A stretch of DNA of 63,745 nucleotides, filler included, from Choristocarpus tenellus KU-1152 (GCA_964200185.2; 11 parts of 11 records of this genome joined end to end with filler, not necessarily neighbours in it), one strand, 5' to 3'; positions 38,026 through 52,492 are shown, counted from the first letter of the whole stretch. Translations and numbers: made by a program. Notes: generated by a model not told the origin, from the letters alone.

Positions 38026-39999
38026 TCCAACAATGAAAAATAGGTACATAACTGAGGTTAAGTTATACTCCGGAGTACCGAAGTCTGTGCATACAGTTAC
38101 TATAGTAATACTCTTAAAAATAATCTCTGGACTTTCTTGCTTCAAAATCATGAAGGACGTAAGTATGTGTGTAGTGAGAATACCATGAGGCATATTACAT
38201 TCGCAGAATTGAATATATATATAATATTGACTATCTACATACTTGACCCTTTTCGAATGAGTGTGAAAATGCAGTAGTAGTGTATAGTGCCAAAATGCAC
38301 CTTGAAGTCACAAATCACCTCAACCACCCAAAAATACAACGATGTGTCTGTATTCAATTTTTAGGGTTCAATTGTATCTATATACATAATATAAAAAATA
38401 GAGATTAATATAGAAAAATCAATGTATGTGATACGTCGGGGACAGGTACCCTTTCTTGGCATCTCCCAACACTGATGAGGATAATGCGCGCACTCATGCA
38501 CAATTTCACGCGTCAACTCTTTGCCATTGAGACCACCCCAAGTGATGCGGTGTGGGTCAGATACACGACCAGCTCGCAGTAACCCAAACATGAACGGACG
38601 GTTGATTCAAACCAGCAAAGCCCAAGATTGTGTCTTCTGTTCTGGCTGGTCGCAACCAATCAAGTTGAAGATTGATCCACATTGCACTCTGAGGCTGTCA
38701 ATATACACCCAATATGTCTCAGTCATCCTCCCTTTCCTCCTAATATTGCTCAAGCACTGTGACTGCTTAGCAGCTGATGTCCTCCTCTTTTCTCCCTCGT
38801 ACAACCCTCGCTTGTGTCCTCAGTCACACCACCTGGTATTCCTTTCCTCCTTGCTGAGCATTCCCACTTCTTTTCCCCCTGGAGCAACCCGTCCTTAATA
38901 CCCACACACAGCTCTGCACAATTGAGAGGCCCCCTTCCTTCTACCTGTATTCCAACCTATTCGCCAAACATTATTAAGGAGATATTGTCCCAGAATGTGA
39001 TTTGTTTTTGAGCTATTATGAAGAACTTTGGTGTGAGATGCCCTCATTAGTTTTGAATTTCTTGTCAGCTACTATGAAAGTCATTTTTTTATGCACAAAC
39101 TTCACAAGTATACATGTATGTGCGTTTAGCTTGGTTGCCTCCTTCAAATGGGCATAGACTCCTCATCGAAACCCCTGCTACCAATACAAAGCCTACCCCT
39201 GCCATCCTCCTGGTGCTGCTGAAACACCATGACTGCTAGCTGGCAGGTCTACTCCGGGTTTTTTTCACCCAGCAAATCCCCCCAGGTTTACCCAGGCACG
39301 AACATCCTCTCTTCCTTCCTCCTGGCGATGCTGGCGCATAGTTACTACTTTGAGAAACACTTCAAGTTAGGAACCTAGGAACTAGTATTTCTCAAGTATA
39401 TCAATACCTCTATCTTGCTCAATTGGTTTCAGGTATTTCGATGTTAAAAAGGTAAGCCTATGATGGATTCGTGGTGATGAACACTATCCAGGCTCTACCT
39501 CTACATCTAGAATCAAGATCTCTATTTCTATAATATTCTGATATAACAAACAGACTGGTAAACTTGTAGCATATTGTATGTATGTGAGAGAGAGACTCAA
39601 TATTAACGTATTATTAGTAGGTATTATGAAAACCTGTACACCTTCAAATGGATACCTCATCATAAATTCTGAACAGAAAAAATAGGAACTGGTTCTACTT
39701 CTTCAAATATCCTGCTAAGACCAGCGACAACTCGAAAATTGCTCATTCAGCATCATCTCAAGGCTTGTTTCGTTAAGTTCAACTTGTGGCACAGTACCCC
39801 CAACCAACCCTAAATTCCACAACGAAGTTAGTTAGGTGATGAAGGTAGTGTGTTGATAACTCTCATGAGATTATGCACTGTATTTGTGCGTAATCGAGGA
39901 GAGTTTTATTCGTGTTAGAAGGTTCAAGTTTGTGTGGAGTATTAGTTGTTACATGTTCAGTGTTAAGTGTAATGTGTTGAATATTAAGTGTGAGTGTGC

Positions 40000-40344
40000 A
40001 TGGAAAGTGGCGCCAGGTGCGGCATGAATGGATCTACTATTCTACGATGTAAGAACTTCAAGCAAAAGCTCGCGGGTATGCGTCAAGTGCTATCAGCAAA
40101 AGGCAAACATGCTGGACCAGGAGGACTGCAGGTGTTTCGCGGAGATTCCTCAAATCCCAAGACTGCTTTTTCTAGATCATGCTCCAGGTCTTTGCTTAGG
40201 ATATATCGTGCATTTTTGTCGTAACTCTACCTTCCAAGTCTCTTAACCTGGCTTCGAAACGACCATAATTCGACAGGTCATCGCCGACTTTGACCTTACA
40301 ATTACTGCAGCTGGATCTGAGCAATGCCAAGGCGTGTTCGAGAC
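40000..40344 (+). CDS. HAD-family pyrimidine 5'-nucleotidase (NT5C3/UMPH-1-like), 5' exons 40000-40131, 40277-40344
   Basis: Splicing gives ...GPGGLQ|VIADFDLTIT, matching the LQVIxDFDxTxT motif I; downstream exons not found. Confidence 0.6.
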
Positions 40345-42661
40345 GTGAGTCATGATGGCTCCCACAATCGTACCACCCTCTGTGTTGACGTAAGTGAGTA
40401 AATTCTTTCAGAAGAAGAATGGTGAAAATAGGTGTCCCCGTATTGGAGCGAAGATGTGAATAGAGACTGTACTGTAGTCACCCAGGATACAAGTAAAAAC
40501 TATACGGGCATCGGTACCACAGCGATCCTGCCTTGTCATTTTGCCTCAAATCTTGTGACAGACCCGCTCGTTGTCATTCACCACAGCCGCATACTGCTAA
40601 CCTTGCACTCTCTTTTGATAACTGTAATGCCTAGTTTTTAGAAGGCTGCAAAATGCCTCTCTACCCCTAACCCCAAGAAGTACCAACCTGTGTGGGGAAT
40701 GACTGTTAGCTATACTGTATTATCCAGTAGCAGCAGTTAGAGGCGTGAGCCTTTGAGAGAGTGAAGATACTCAAGGCATGGTGGGCTGCTATATGCCGAC
40801 CATTTTATCGTCCACTTCCCTTAGTCTCTCCTATTTACCTCTGAAGTTTGGGTACATGATACCATTCTGGAATCTGTATGATCCTGTTCAACAACCCCCC
40901 TTTGGTCTGCGGTGAATATAATGTGCTGGCACAGTACAACATGACTTTGTGTAAATATATATTACATGTTACAAGGTAGGTTTGGTCTCAATCATGTTAA
41001 CTGATCCAGCTGGGGTGAGAATGGCATAACTGACTCTTCCTCCCATTATCTACGAAAACTCTCCCTTGCTGTGCAAGCACTATGCACCATCAGATCAAGG
41101 AACATCACTGGTAGATGATGTCACCTATCAGATTTAGATACATGAACCATTCAAACAACAAAATGTTTCGGTAGACCCATCATTGGCCCTACCACCAATT
41201 GCAAATTCATCGGTAGTGTCTACATTACATCATCAGCACTATTTCAAATAAATCCAAGCTGGTCATGTTTTGATGTGTATCTCTTGGCCCTTCCATGATC
41301 TCCTTTGTGTCTAGTTCAGTCCCAACATATTGAATGTATATGGCAATGTCTATGTGGCAGCTGGTGTATTGTACATGCAGGCAGTAGGACCCCCATGGCA
41401 CATTTCCTCTAGTGCACAAGAACTCTGCTTGTTGTATATACCTGTCCTTGAATCTATGCTTGACTTTAATGATTGGAGAGGTGATATACAGCCATGTATG
41501 CTCAAGAAATTTACCCTCTCACTGGGGGGATATCTGTTCTTGGATTAAACCTTGGCCAAAGTCATCCCTAGCGCAGCTTCCTTCTTGTTTGAGTGTGGAA
41601 TTTTGCTACGGTTATGGTAGATAGACTTGCTTGGTGGTATCATTGAGTACACTCCATCACTAGGCATGTGCTGCCATTGCGACCCTTCCAACTCTTCTGA
41701 TATAGGATTCTTGGCGCTGAGTTTAACAGGTCTGCTGAAGAGGATCTGGAGATATTTCTTCAGTCTATGAATCAACCCTTTGCTTTGCAAATAGGTATCA
41801 TTAACCCAACAATTTTATTTTCATTTTTGGTCCTTTTATGACACCCNNNNNNNNNNNNNNNNNNNNNNNNNNNNNNNNNNNNNNNNNNNNTTAATTAATT
41901 AANNNNNNNNNNNNNNNNNNNNNNNNNNNNNNNNNNNNNNNNNNNNCGACACCCCCCCCCAAGATACTTTGACCCTGGAGGCAGGCAGAAACAGAGGTTG
42001 AAACTGTTAAGCACATATATGCACAAGAAGTAATGATCAAACAATAGGTTACAAAAGACAATCTCTGGACAATAGGCTAAAAAGCAGTCAGCAGTGGGTA
42101 TTGACTCAGGCTAAGAACTTTGGAGGCTCTTCTAGGATCTGGGCCTTGCCCTAATAATTTAGAGGTTTCTTACAGTTCCCGACTTTTGAGACTAAGTCAC
42201 ATTGGGATAAAAATAACATCGACAAGGAAGGATATGAAACAATTTTTAACAAGGGTATCAAAATATACCATCCAGTCAGACAAGTCAAGGCCAAGATGGT
42301 GACCACGTAAGAAAAGCTAGTAGATTCTCAGTCATGCAGTGGGTTGGAGAAAAAATTTTTATTGCTATGGACGTACGTACTCCAAAATTGTTGCTACTAG
42401 TCCAGAAATGAAACTATACATGCATAGCTCAAAATTTAAAATTCTGCAAGAGCTCTAGATGCCTCCTGATCAAAATTATGGATCACATTACAAGACCAAA
42501 TGTCAGGCTCAAAGCAAAAAGTACAAAATAATTCAATCAGCACATGCATAAACACAGGCACATACAAACACAGCAAATTTTTAGTACCTCTCACCCACGA
42601 CAAATCAATCCTTCTCCCTTCCCGACCTTGTTCCCTCTTCAGATCAAACCTCTGCCCTTGC

Positions 42662-44493
42662 CTGGGAGTGCTCACTGCGCACACTAGTCAGCAGGACCTC
42701 AAAGAGTTCTACCAAGGCCTCCTGCCCACCGGGAACCCCCTTTTGTGCCATCTCCACCAGTATTATACAAGATTTTACCGTTGACAATGACATCAGGATA
42801 TAATGTGTACGATCCTGTGCACCATTAAGGGGAAAGAAGATTATTGGCAGACACCGGGGGAAATCCTTCTAAAATTAATTTGACCGTCAATTGATACACC
42901 AGTAGAGTCTTGACCAAAAACACAAAAAAACGCCTGTTATATATTTAGTGTTCTCTGATTGTTGTGTCTGAATTGAAGATCCTAAATACAAACATGGTCA
43001 ACACCTAGTGCTAATGGTCTCTGGAGTACCAAATCGATCATTAAAATGATGTAATGAAGCACAGCACAAACATGTTCTGGAATAAAACAAAAGAAAGGTG
43101 GCAAACAAGGAGCCAATACTAGAGGGAGAAAAGAAAATTGTTAATACAAACACAATTGAACATGGAGCAGAGACCACACAGGGAAAGAGGCAGAGGGGGA
43201 AGAAGTTGTGAATGATAAAAGAGAGGGACTACTGTCTGTTGAAAGAAGCTGACTTTTATCTCTCAGACATAACACCCAACCAGATTCGCACTTCTTTTTG
43301 GGCAAGGGTACTTTTACAGTCAGCAGCATACCCACACACACACACCACCCAACCAGATCAATTCCTTTGTACGTTTGACATGTTCACCCCAATCTCCTTC
43401 AGTGTGGTCTACACTTGTCATCACTCTAACTTCCTAGCCCTTAACATATTTCCTCTCATGCACACTCCATGTCATTTGTCGCCATGTATGGCTTTGTGTG
43501 TGAATTGTGGCTAGTAGTGAAGAACAGGACATACATAGAACACAACATGAACCCCATAACTCTTCCCCACCCTGCCATAACTTCTTCCACATGTTTGAGG
43601 ACAGTAGGCAAGACTCACCGTACGAGGCTCACCCACTGCAACAGCTGTGCATAGTCCCCGCAACTGAGCACTGAGGAGTGAGAAGATGGACAGAAGTACG
43701 TCCGTATTGTAGGGTGCAGCTGGCACATAAATCCGCAGGATATCTACCAGGCAACATGCTACCAAGAGACGCACGTCCCGATCCTGATCGAATTTAGCAA
43801 GATCAAGTAGCGAACGCGAGGTAGGCATGAGACAAGGTTTTCAGAATCTACTGGGTACCAAGACTTACGAGGATAGGTTGAGTGCGTGAGGCACAGGGCA
43901 GGTGGGAAATGACACAGTTGGGAGGTTGCGGGGATCTGGGGGATCTGTTGAAGACAAAAAAATGAAAGATGGCCAAGAAAAATATGAAGCGTCGAAGTTT
44001 TTAGGCAGGTCGAGATGGAAGGATGATATCCTAGCTCCCACCGAGTGGTTCATGAGACTCGCAGATGCCAGCTCTTCCGCTGTTTCTGCCAGGCCATCAG
44101 GTCGTTGGTCCTGATCCTGTGAAACTTCCTGGAGCTCTTTATGTACACGTTCAATCTTTTTCACCATGTCCCCACCCTGGCACGAGGATATTAAGAAAGA
44201 GGATAATTGCGAGGATTAGACATGATAGGAAGTTCGTTGAATGGACATAACTGGTCAACAAATGTGGCTGCAATGGTGCTTACTTGAGCTGAGTAGATGG
44301 AACCAGGTGCCACAGGATCAATGAGGGCATGCGTTCCCTGCCCGCCACAGTATATGCAACCAATCATTCTCCCCACTGTCTTCATGCAAAAACATGAGTT
44401 GCGAACTTCCAATGGTATCTATGGTTCCCTCACCTTGCCGACATTTCCACCACGGGACAGTCTGCTCCGAAGGACCTCAGAGCTTCGCCGCAT
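42662..44493 (-). CDS. PDS5: Sister chromatid cohesion protein PDS5, 5' part; exons 44493-44434 (tentative), 44176-44042, 43783-43619, 42814-42662
   Basis: LMNHS|[25 protein letters not shown]...LSAQLRGL...[15 protein letters not shown]...LVELF is the PDS5 N-terminal HEAT signature. Confidence 0.9.
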
Positions 44494-45042
44494 TGTCCCA
44501 GGTATAAATACCAAGCAAAACTACCTATTGGAACCCTGCAGATATATGTGCCGTCGACTCTGAACGAGATCGGACTCCAGCTTTGTCCTATCTCACTCTC
44601 ATCTACACTTGTCTTGCAAATGTTGTAGAGAGGTGTTCGTCTTCGCTGCAGAGACAGTGCCACCTTACAGCAGTTCAAAACACAAAAAGTATGCAGGTAA
44701 AGGAACTCACTCTGCGTAGATTGCCAAAACTACTACAACGCGAGGGATTTACTCTACAGTGAAGTCGGAAGACGTTTGAGTCGAACAAGGGCCTGCATCC
44801 ACCATTGTTTGAGAAAGGTTGTCTGTTCCACGATCAATTTCAAAAATACTCAATTTGGAGTGCGTACCACAAATTGGCGGGTAGGTGTGGAACATCAACA
44901 ACAGACAATCACTATAAGTAACCTTGCACGGATAGGGTGGTGGCCTACTGTGCTTCATCTACGTTCAGATCCCTGGAATCATTTCAAAATCCTCAGGGCT
45001 AAAGGTCGGGGTGCGAGGACAGGGGCCTCGGGCCCCGTAAAG

Positions 45043-46026
45043 ATGTTGGCGCGTAAACAAGGGAGGGGTGAAGGGGGTTGTACGAGGGGGTTCCGAGACA
45101 GAGAATCGACACAGGTAGCCTCGTCGTCATCAGGTCCATCGCGTACGAAGCGCAAGAGCCATTCGGTAGAAAAAACGCTAGTTCCGGTGACCAGAGAAGC
45201 TCTAGAAGAACTAAGGGAGGCATTAGATGGCATTATCGAAAAGGCGAAGATGGAGACGGGCGAGAGTGGGGTAGTGGACGCAGGTATAGAGGCCTACTTG
45301 AGTGGGTACCGCGATGCCGTCATGGAAAGTTTGACGTCCTCTTGTGAGATCAAGGGGGTGCGGGAGCAACGAGAGGCTGACGAGCTGATGGAGTCCGTCC
45401 TCCAACTTAACCAGGACATGCAAGACATTATTGTACCCCTAAAAACCAAGAGGGCAAGGGTTATGCGACTGGCGGAGGCCGCAAGAAACAAGGAAATAGA
45501 AGCATCCAGGGCACGAGAAAAGAGGGAAGAGGCTGAGAATTTAGCTGGTCTTAGGGGGGCTGCGTCTGAGACTGGAGTTGGGGGGAAAGCTGAGGTGGGA
45601 GGGAGTGCTCTAGGCGAGGGTGGAGTTGGTGCCGAGGTAGTGAGGTCGGAGGAGTATGAGAAGATAGACTCTGGCGGAGCGGGAGTTTCTAATGGGACAT
45701 TGTCCTCAGCCCTAGATGAGAGCGTTCTTAAGACCAAGCTGTCTGGGCTCATTGGTGTGATGGCGGACACACCAGGGCCCCTGAAATCCCTTTTACAGGA
45801 AATCCCGGAAAGAAAGAAAGCGATCGCCTCAACATTACGAACGGTGCATTCATCCTTAGCCTCGACACGATCCATGACTGAGGAATTGCTACAGAAGTTG
45901 CCATCTGCAGGGGGGCCGGTGGGTAAAGGGAGACGGGCTGAACGACGGGAAGCTAAAAGTGAGCAGGCACGACGAGCACAGGCGGAAACGGGACCAAGTC
46001 AGTTAGCTGCTATTCTTGGCAAATAA
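45043..46026 (+). CDS. Intronless helical/coiled-coil protein, possibly kinetochore Nsl1/Mis14-like
   Basis: 327-codon purine-rich ORF from ATG 45043; the coding call is firmer than the family guess, which rests on pattern similarity. Confidence 0.7.
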   Translation: MLARKQGRGEGGCTRGFRDRESTQVASSSSGPSRTKRKSHSVEKTLVPVTREALEELREALDGIIEKAKMETGESGVVDAGIEAYLSGYRDAVMESLTSSCEIKGVREQREADELMESVLQLNQDMQDIIVPLKTKRARVMRLAEAARNKEIEASRAREKREEAENLAGLRGAASETGVGGKAEVGGSALGEGGVGAEVVRSEEYEKIDSGGAGVSNGTLSSALDESVLKTKLSGLIGVMADTPGPLKSLLQEIPERKKAIASTLRTVHSSLASTRSMTEELLQKLPSAGGPVGKGRRAERREAKSEQARRAQAETGPSQLAAILGK

Positions 46027-47339
46027 AGGTGGGATGGGGTGGAGGAAGATACCTGTAAACATGATACTTGAGACTCTTGTCCATTACAGTACTGAAGGGT
46101 GGGTAATCATCAGACCAAGGCAGGAAGGCCATCTGTGTACATCCTGGTGGGTGTATATCCCTGTAGTAAACTAGGTTGACTTGAACCCCCCTCCATATAC
46201 CATTTTTTGTGTAACCTGGTGGAGCTTGTGTGTGAATTGCTCGTTTTAACTTCATACTGTTTCTGTTTCTCTAGTGCCCCGCACCACGGGGCTTGGCTTG
46301 TCAGATGTTTTGTGGAAGAGCGTTCGTGAGAGCAGTATGATCTATATTTGTTTATTTGGTGAGGTGAGTCGTGATATATTGGGAATCACACCAAGGACCT
46401 GGTGCTTTGCAGGCCCCTTCTGGTGTGTATGTTGTGGGTAAGAGTAATGGGAATTGTTGGGAATACATACAGAAATCAACGTTTCTGTGCTGTATGCCAG
46501 TCATTCCCAAAATATTTGTGGCTTACTTGCCATCATTCTCACCACAAAGGGTCACCCCCTTCCCTTCCTTGCACAGATGTCCCTGTCAGTGTGAGTGTTA
46601 TGGTTTGAAAACTGTTGTGGTTTGAATTTAGTCACCCTTCTTGTAACATTGCCCCTTGAGAAGGGATATCAATGATGTACTTCAAAGTATATTTTTCTGT
46701 TGTGTGTGACCTGTGCCGAGCTACCTCTACAGTTAGGTAGTTGTATAGCAGGGAGTTGTGGTTGTCCTGTACTGTATTTAGCACACATGTGCAGCTGCCC
46801 CAAAGCAAGGCTTGGATAACAAGAAGAATTGACACTATTAAATCGTTGCTCTCACTCTTATTTCATGGAAACATTTTGTCTCCTGCAACTGAATCACTAC
46901 ACAACAAGTCACACTTTTGTGGAGCCAGCCTGGAACATGCAATATGAGTATACACAGTTTGCAATATTATATTTTTCTTGGAGCATGAATTATAAATCCA
47001 TTAGCTCAGCTCCCTCAGGGTTGATACAGTGAAACACTTTTTGTTGAAGATGTTAGATCTTTGCATACTTTGAAGTGAATATTGATGGCTTTAATATTGC
47101 ATTTGAATCTTGGAAAATATTTCCCTCAAATATAATGTGGGCCTACATCAAATATCAGCACCACATCTTTAAGGAATGGAAAAGCATGAGTTGCAACAAA
47201 TCCACAATCGCATAATCGACACAACAACAACAGTAGGGGATTTGGATGCTGCATGTTGGTCCACCTGCACACCACAGATTTACTACAAAGTACTCAGCAT
47301 GGAAGAACAGCATTTAGATAGGACAGACAAATGATTCCA

Positions 47340-47512
47340 GGCTCAAAGTATCTAGGGGGGGGGGGGTCCACACCAGGGTGTCCATTTGGCCCCTGATAAA
47401 GTGCACTTACACTATCCATCCAACGCATGCAACCAAATCACCCAAAAATTGCAACATGGAAAAATAGGTCCCAAATGGACAGCCGCCACCCCCCCCCCAG
47501 ACACTTTGAGCC
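47340..47512. mobile_element. MITE family B, full-length copy
   Basis: TIR ggctcaaagtatct / agacactttgagcc. Confidence 0.75.
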
Positions 47513-48964
47513 TCTAATCAATCTGTACATGTTTTTCTCACTTAATATTTCATTTATGCTATCTCCGGATCTTGGACAGGAATGGTATAGGGTTAGGGGA
47601 GCTGCCAAACGATCATGGTCATTGACAAGTATCTTAGACAACAACAGCTATCTTGTAACCGGACATGAGCAACCACGAAGCTTCAGCACATCGTGCACAG
47701 CAAGAAAAAAGGTCACATTTGCTTTTACTACTCATTATTGTTTTATTATGTAGTAGATGTTGTCGCGACCGTCCCAGATGAGAACAGCAAGCATGGTTAT
47801 CACTCTCTCACAAAGTGTGCGACAGGAGTCACAAAAAATCAGGCATTTGGTATGTTACAACTAATGCAGTGCAGTAAAAGTAAAATTAGGTCTACTACAG
47901 ACATGAGAAACAGAGACCCTAAGTACCAGGACCACATTTTGCCAAAGATGAAAAAAAAAGGTTAAAATAATTTAATCTGTCAATTGACAAAGCTACAAAA
48001 ACGACCTTTATGACATTGCAAAGTATAACATATCGCAACACACAAACTAATCCATAAGCGTACCCAGATGTTACTGAACAGTATGAAGTAGCAATGCTAT
48101 GTGAAGATAGGCGAAAAGTTGACACAAAAAGTAACAACATTGAGCAATATATATGCAGATGTATAAAGTTCTCCGCATCAGATTACGCATAGATTTCCAG
48201 TATGCGTTTCAAGAAAGGCTTGAAAGGGAAATCTGTGGCAGGGAAGAGGCTTGGAAGTGATCCATGCAGTTCAATTATTAAGTGGACTTGAACCAAAGTT
48301 GATTAAATATTCTTGTAATGGCTAAGGCATTTCTCGAAAGGGCGCATATATGTAAAGCACCTTTCTTGGTGTACAAAGCAAATTCCTGACTTACTATGAG
48401 CAATGTGTGAAACTATATTTGTACTTCCCTCGTGAATAAATCCAGGAGGTTGAGTACAGCTAGGCGGAACTTCAACAAGAGGGAGGGGGGTTCTTCAATG
48501 CGAATCCTTCACACCTATCGTCAGTTGATCACATAAAGTGGCGGTCACCCTTTTTTGCTGACCACGAGATTTACCCTTAATATTGTAATCAGGTCGCTGG
48601 TCTGATCTACGTGCACATCAAATCTCCTCTTTTCTATGATATAGTAGAAGTTTGGTGAGGTTTACTGTAAAACACGCCCTCCAAGGTTCAGAGACCTACT
48701 ACCTCTTTTCCCAATTTATCCTCTTTTCATCACACGACCAGAAACGTATATAGAGTATAGGTCGATTTTCAAAAGCTGCGGTGACCACCTAGGATTTCCT
48801 CCTTGCGTGAAATTTCGAAGGGATTATTATTTTCAAACTAGGTTTGCTTCTCCGCAAGAGCCTAATTCTCGTACCGTTTTCTTGTCCTGTGGTCTCAACT
48901 TCGATTGATCGAGTCATACTGGGAAAGACAAGGGAGGACCGGTTGTGAATTTCAGTTAGAATCC

Positions 48965-49733
48965 ATGGGGCGACGGAAGAAGAGTACAAAGAAGATTGTG
49001 GTAAAGAAAAACCAGAAGCTCAGCACCGTCTTCAAATGCCCCTTCTGCAACCATGACTCCGTGGTGGAGTGTACAATGTAAGGGTATACTGTTTTAGGTT
49101 TGCATGACCGCCAGAAGGTCTAAGATGATATATTATCCCTGAGCATGATGACCCTCATACCCTCAGAAGGTCAACGCCTCACCAATGTTGCCCCAGCATA
49201 CCAGTAGAAAGGAGTTCTAGATACTAATTACGTCTGTACATTATTACTCATCGCCCAGTACTCCCTACCCGCTTTTGAATATAGGAATCATAAGGAGGGA
49301 ACTGGGAGGCTGCTTTGCCGAATGTGCGAGGTGCAGTACGAGATGACCATCAATTGTGAGTTCTCTTTTCTCTTCCCTCCTGTCCGTGTAGTCTGTGTCG
49401 TATTTGGGTGAGTATGGACCGAATTACTTGTGAGGTCCTTGGTTGTACAATTGTGGGCAATATTTGAAGCGAGGGTAACTGCTACCCCTTCGTACCTCTC
49501 AAGAGATAGCCACATTTTAGAGCTTCGCCAATACTGGGTTACTGCAAAAGTACTCAAGCTTCTGTTTTTTTGTCCTTTATGGCCTCGCATGCCCCTCCTA
49601 CTCACCATTTCTCCAACTCTTTCTCCATAATTGGTCCCATTCCCCAGATCTAACGGAGCCAATAGATATATACACTGAGTGGATAGATGAGTGTGAGGCA
49701 GTCAATGCCGTGGAGGGAGGAGATGAGCACTAA
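48965..49733 (+). CDS. ELF1: Transcription elongation factor 1 homolog; exons 48965-49077, 49285-49355, 49648-49733
   Basis: MGRRKKSTKK...LSTVFKCPFCNHDSVVECTM...CRMC...YLTEPIDIYTEWIDECEAVN; absent from the ORF track because exons are short. Confidence 0.97.
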
Positions 49734-51755
49734 CTGATGTTTCCAGAGTGTGTTGGCAAGCTCCCGCCTTTCTTCGGTCATTGATGGAACCTGGACACTG
49801 TATTTTGCTGCTGGAGGGAATGGGGGGAAGGCACATGTAGTGGGTGCCATGCGAGATGGCATGGGAACTGAACTGCAATGCTGATTTGTAAGCTTGGATC
49901 CAGGTGTATATGACTTTATATGGCAAGCTATATACTATTTTTTGTTCAAAAATGTGTGTCAAAATCTACACATTGAAGACTGAACGAGTTTGGTTGTTAG
50001 TATAGATGCAACAAAATGTTGTACCGCTTCAGGATTGAGAGTGCTAAACTTTGAGTACGATTGTCACTTTGTTGCTGAGTCAATGTCAACCGACCAGTAC
50101 CCACCAAAAAGGTCAATGTAGACTTTTAACAACCTGAATTTATTCAGTATTCAGTGCTTAAAACTAGGATTTATGTGTCCGCTCTGCAATCCAGTCAAGG
50201 TGCCATGAAAACTAATCCATTCCTAGAAGCTCCACTCCTTGGAGTATGATCACACCAAGTAAGGAGTAGTGAACCAATCAGATGAATGTTTTATTTTCAA
50301 TGCATGTACTTGTACCTTGGAGAACATGTATCAGCATGTGTGTATGGATATGCATTGACTCTGTAGAATCGTGTATGTGCTCTGTAGTGCTCTGAAATCA
50401 TAATAGCACCATGGAGTGTTTTGTGAAACTGAATACCATGTAAATGAAAACATTCTTTCTTAAAAGTTTCAATTTCAGAAGAATTCCTACAAACATCTTG
50501 GTACATTACCAGTCCTTTCAGAATCAATGCTCTACAATATCCTCAGCATGTCCCTTCCAGTGTGGAGAGAGACAACTGCAATCATTTGGAACCAGCTCAA
50601 GGTCTTACACATGAAACATTTCTGTGCTCAATTAGGAAATGTGGTCACAAAGTCAATCCATTCCAAAAACAAAATGTACAAGCAGAATGAAACTAAGATT
50701 GAAGTATGCAAATACGCATGATGTAATAGAGCAAAGTCAGTACAGAGCTCTTGTAGACTCTCCAACATTTCTCAGAGAGTAATCACACTAGCTCTGACCC
50801 ATATAAGTTCACCAGCACACAACAACACCCAGTTTCTCCTCTTATCTTCACGCCACATGTAGAGGAAATAAACCAAGTGTTCGAAATATTCTACCTCAAC
50901 CTGTAGAGGTCAAACAGGAACGATTGGCCACACCACTGCCCAGTAACTTTGACAGAGCTGATTTGTCTAAAAAACATCAATATAGCAACTGTTCTCTCAA
51001 GTGGTACCATACGTGATCATAGTGGAGCTGTGCACAGCCTAAAAACACTGGCAGTAGTGACAGCGGAGGTTGCCTCTATGTCTACATTTGCTTTGATAGA
51101 GCCTCTGGGGCAGCAATTCATGGTATCCCGCCCCCACAGCATTTTGACACACGATGGGGGTCTTGCCGCTGATACCCAAGTGTTTAAGTTGCTGCTTATC
51201 CAATTATTATGCTGGAACAAGTCAAAACGTAGTGAGAGAGGGGACCATCGCCAAACAGGGGAAGGGAGGTGATGTGATGTGAATATCCCTTCCACGACAT
51301 ATATGTGTTGTGTATGGTCCGCGGTTACTCTTCATGCAAACACAGAGAAACGTGGAATAAGAGCACTTGTTGGCGTAAAGGCTGGAGATAAGGACTGGAG
51401 GGAAGGGTAACAACAAAGTGCATCAAAGGCGGAACTCTCACAGTACCATGTGGAGGATGGAGTACTGGAAGGTTAGTCGCAGCATTGCATGTGCGTGCAC
51501 ACATGCACGTGTGTAAATATTTCGCGGTGTAAGTTTCAGGTAAGTGGAAGAATGTATACGAACACCGACCCCAAGCCCCCTGTGTGGTTCAATACAATAC
51601 GATGTGCATATCTGATTCCAGTCTAACAACTCTCATGGAACTCCCTAGATATGCAACGACAAACATTTAGCGTTCCTCGAACTAAACCTTACAACCACCG
51701 CTTAAACTATTTTCTACATTTCTATTAATATGACGTTTGACTATTAGTGACTTAC

Positions 51756-52128
51756 CTGTTGGCGACCACAACACAAAAGATGAAGACAAAAACAAAACGC
51801 CAGGAATCTCCCTGAGCCTTCAACCATGCTTCCGTCCCCTTTAGCTGGAGCATCTTCGCCCGAACAAGCTTTCCTCAAAGGCCATCGATGTACAAAGTGG
51901 GGTGAATCGAAACAATGCGCGAATAACACGTTGGCCGAAACCTTTGTAGACAACTTGCTTTGATCTTCAAATCCAACAAAAGGAAACCAGTTTATACTTT
52001 ATCTTTACCTTCTTAAAACCACCACCAGGTGAGTTCACGGAGGCATAGGGTGCCATAGAATCAACATCTGTTGACTGATCAACTTGTTCTTCTCTGTTGG
52101 AATGGAGCCTCTTCCTCATTGCCTCCAT
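51756..52128 (-). CDS. Unknown, probably membrane protein; 5' exons 52128-52009, 51868-51756, further exons likely toward 50500
   Basis: Strong gtaaag/gtaagt donors; spliced peptide ends in hydrophobic WRFVFVFIFCVVVAN. Confidence 0.4.
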
Positions 52129-52492
52129 TTTGTGAAATCCAACTCGTATTTTTGAAATGTTATGCAGAGAAACCGGATTAATTTTGATCAACACTACATC
52201 CCATTTTCCCTAACCCTTCGTACCACCTTCTATTCCCATTTACCATCAACCCAAGTATACTACTACCATTACTATTACTATATTCCTGTTGTAGATACAA
52301 GTTTCATTGACACGGGTTGTCCCTAGGTCCCTTAGGTGCTTAATGTGTTTTCATGGAGGGGAGTCGCCCTATATCGCCAACAGAGACTCACTGTGACTCA
52401 GGATTTCGTTGAGGAGGAGGCAGGAGGGCCACTCTGGACCTGTGAATGCACGCAATCCTGGAAGGTCCCAAGTTTCGGATCCGTCCACTGCA

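Noticed and set aside
44776-45042. N-terminal extension of the 416-aa ORF
   Set aside because: Begins at a non-ATG codon; a eukaryotic start at ATG 45043 is more plausible
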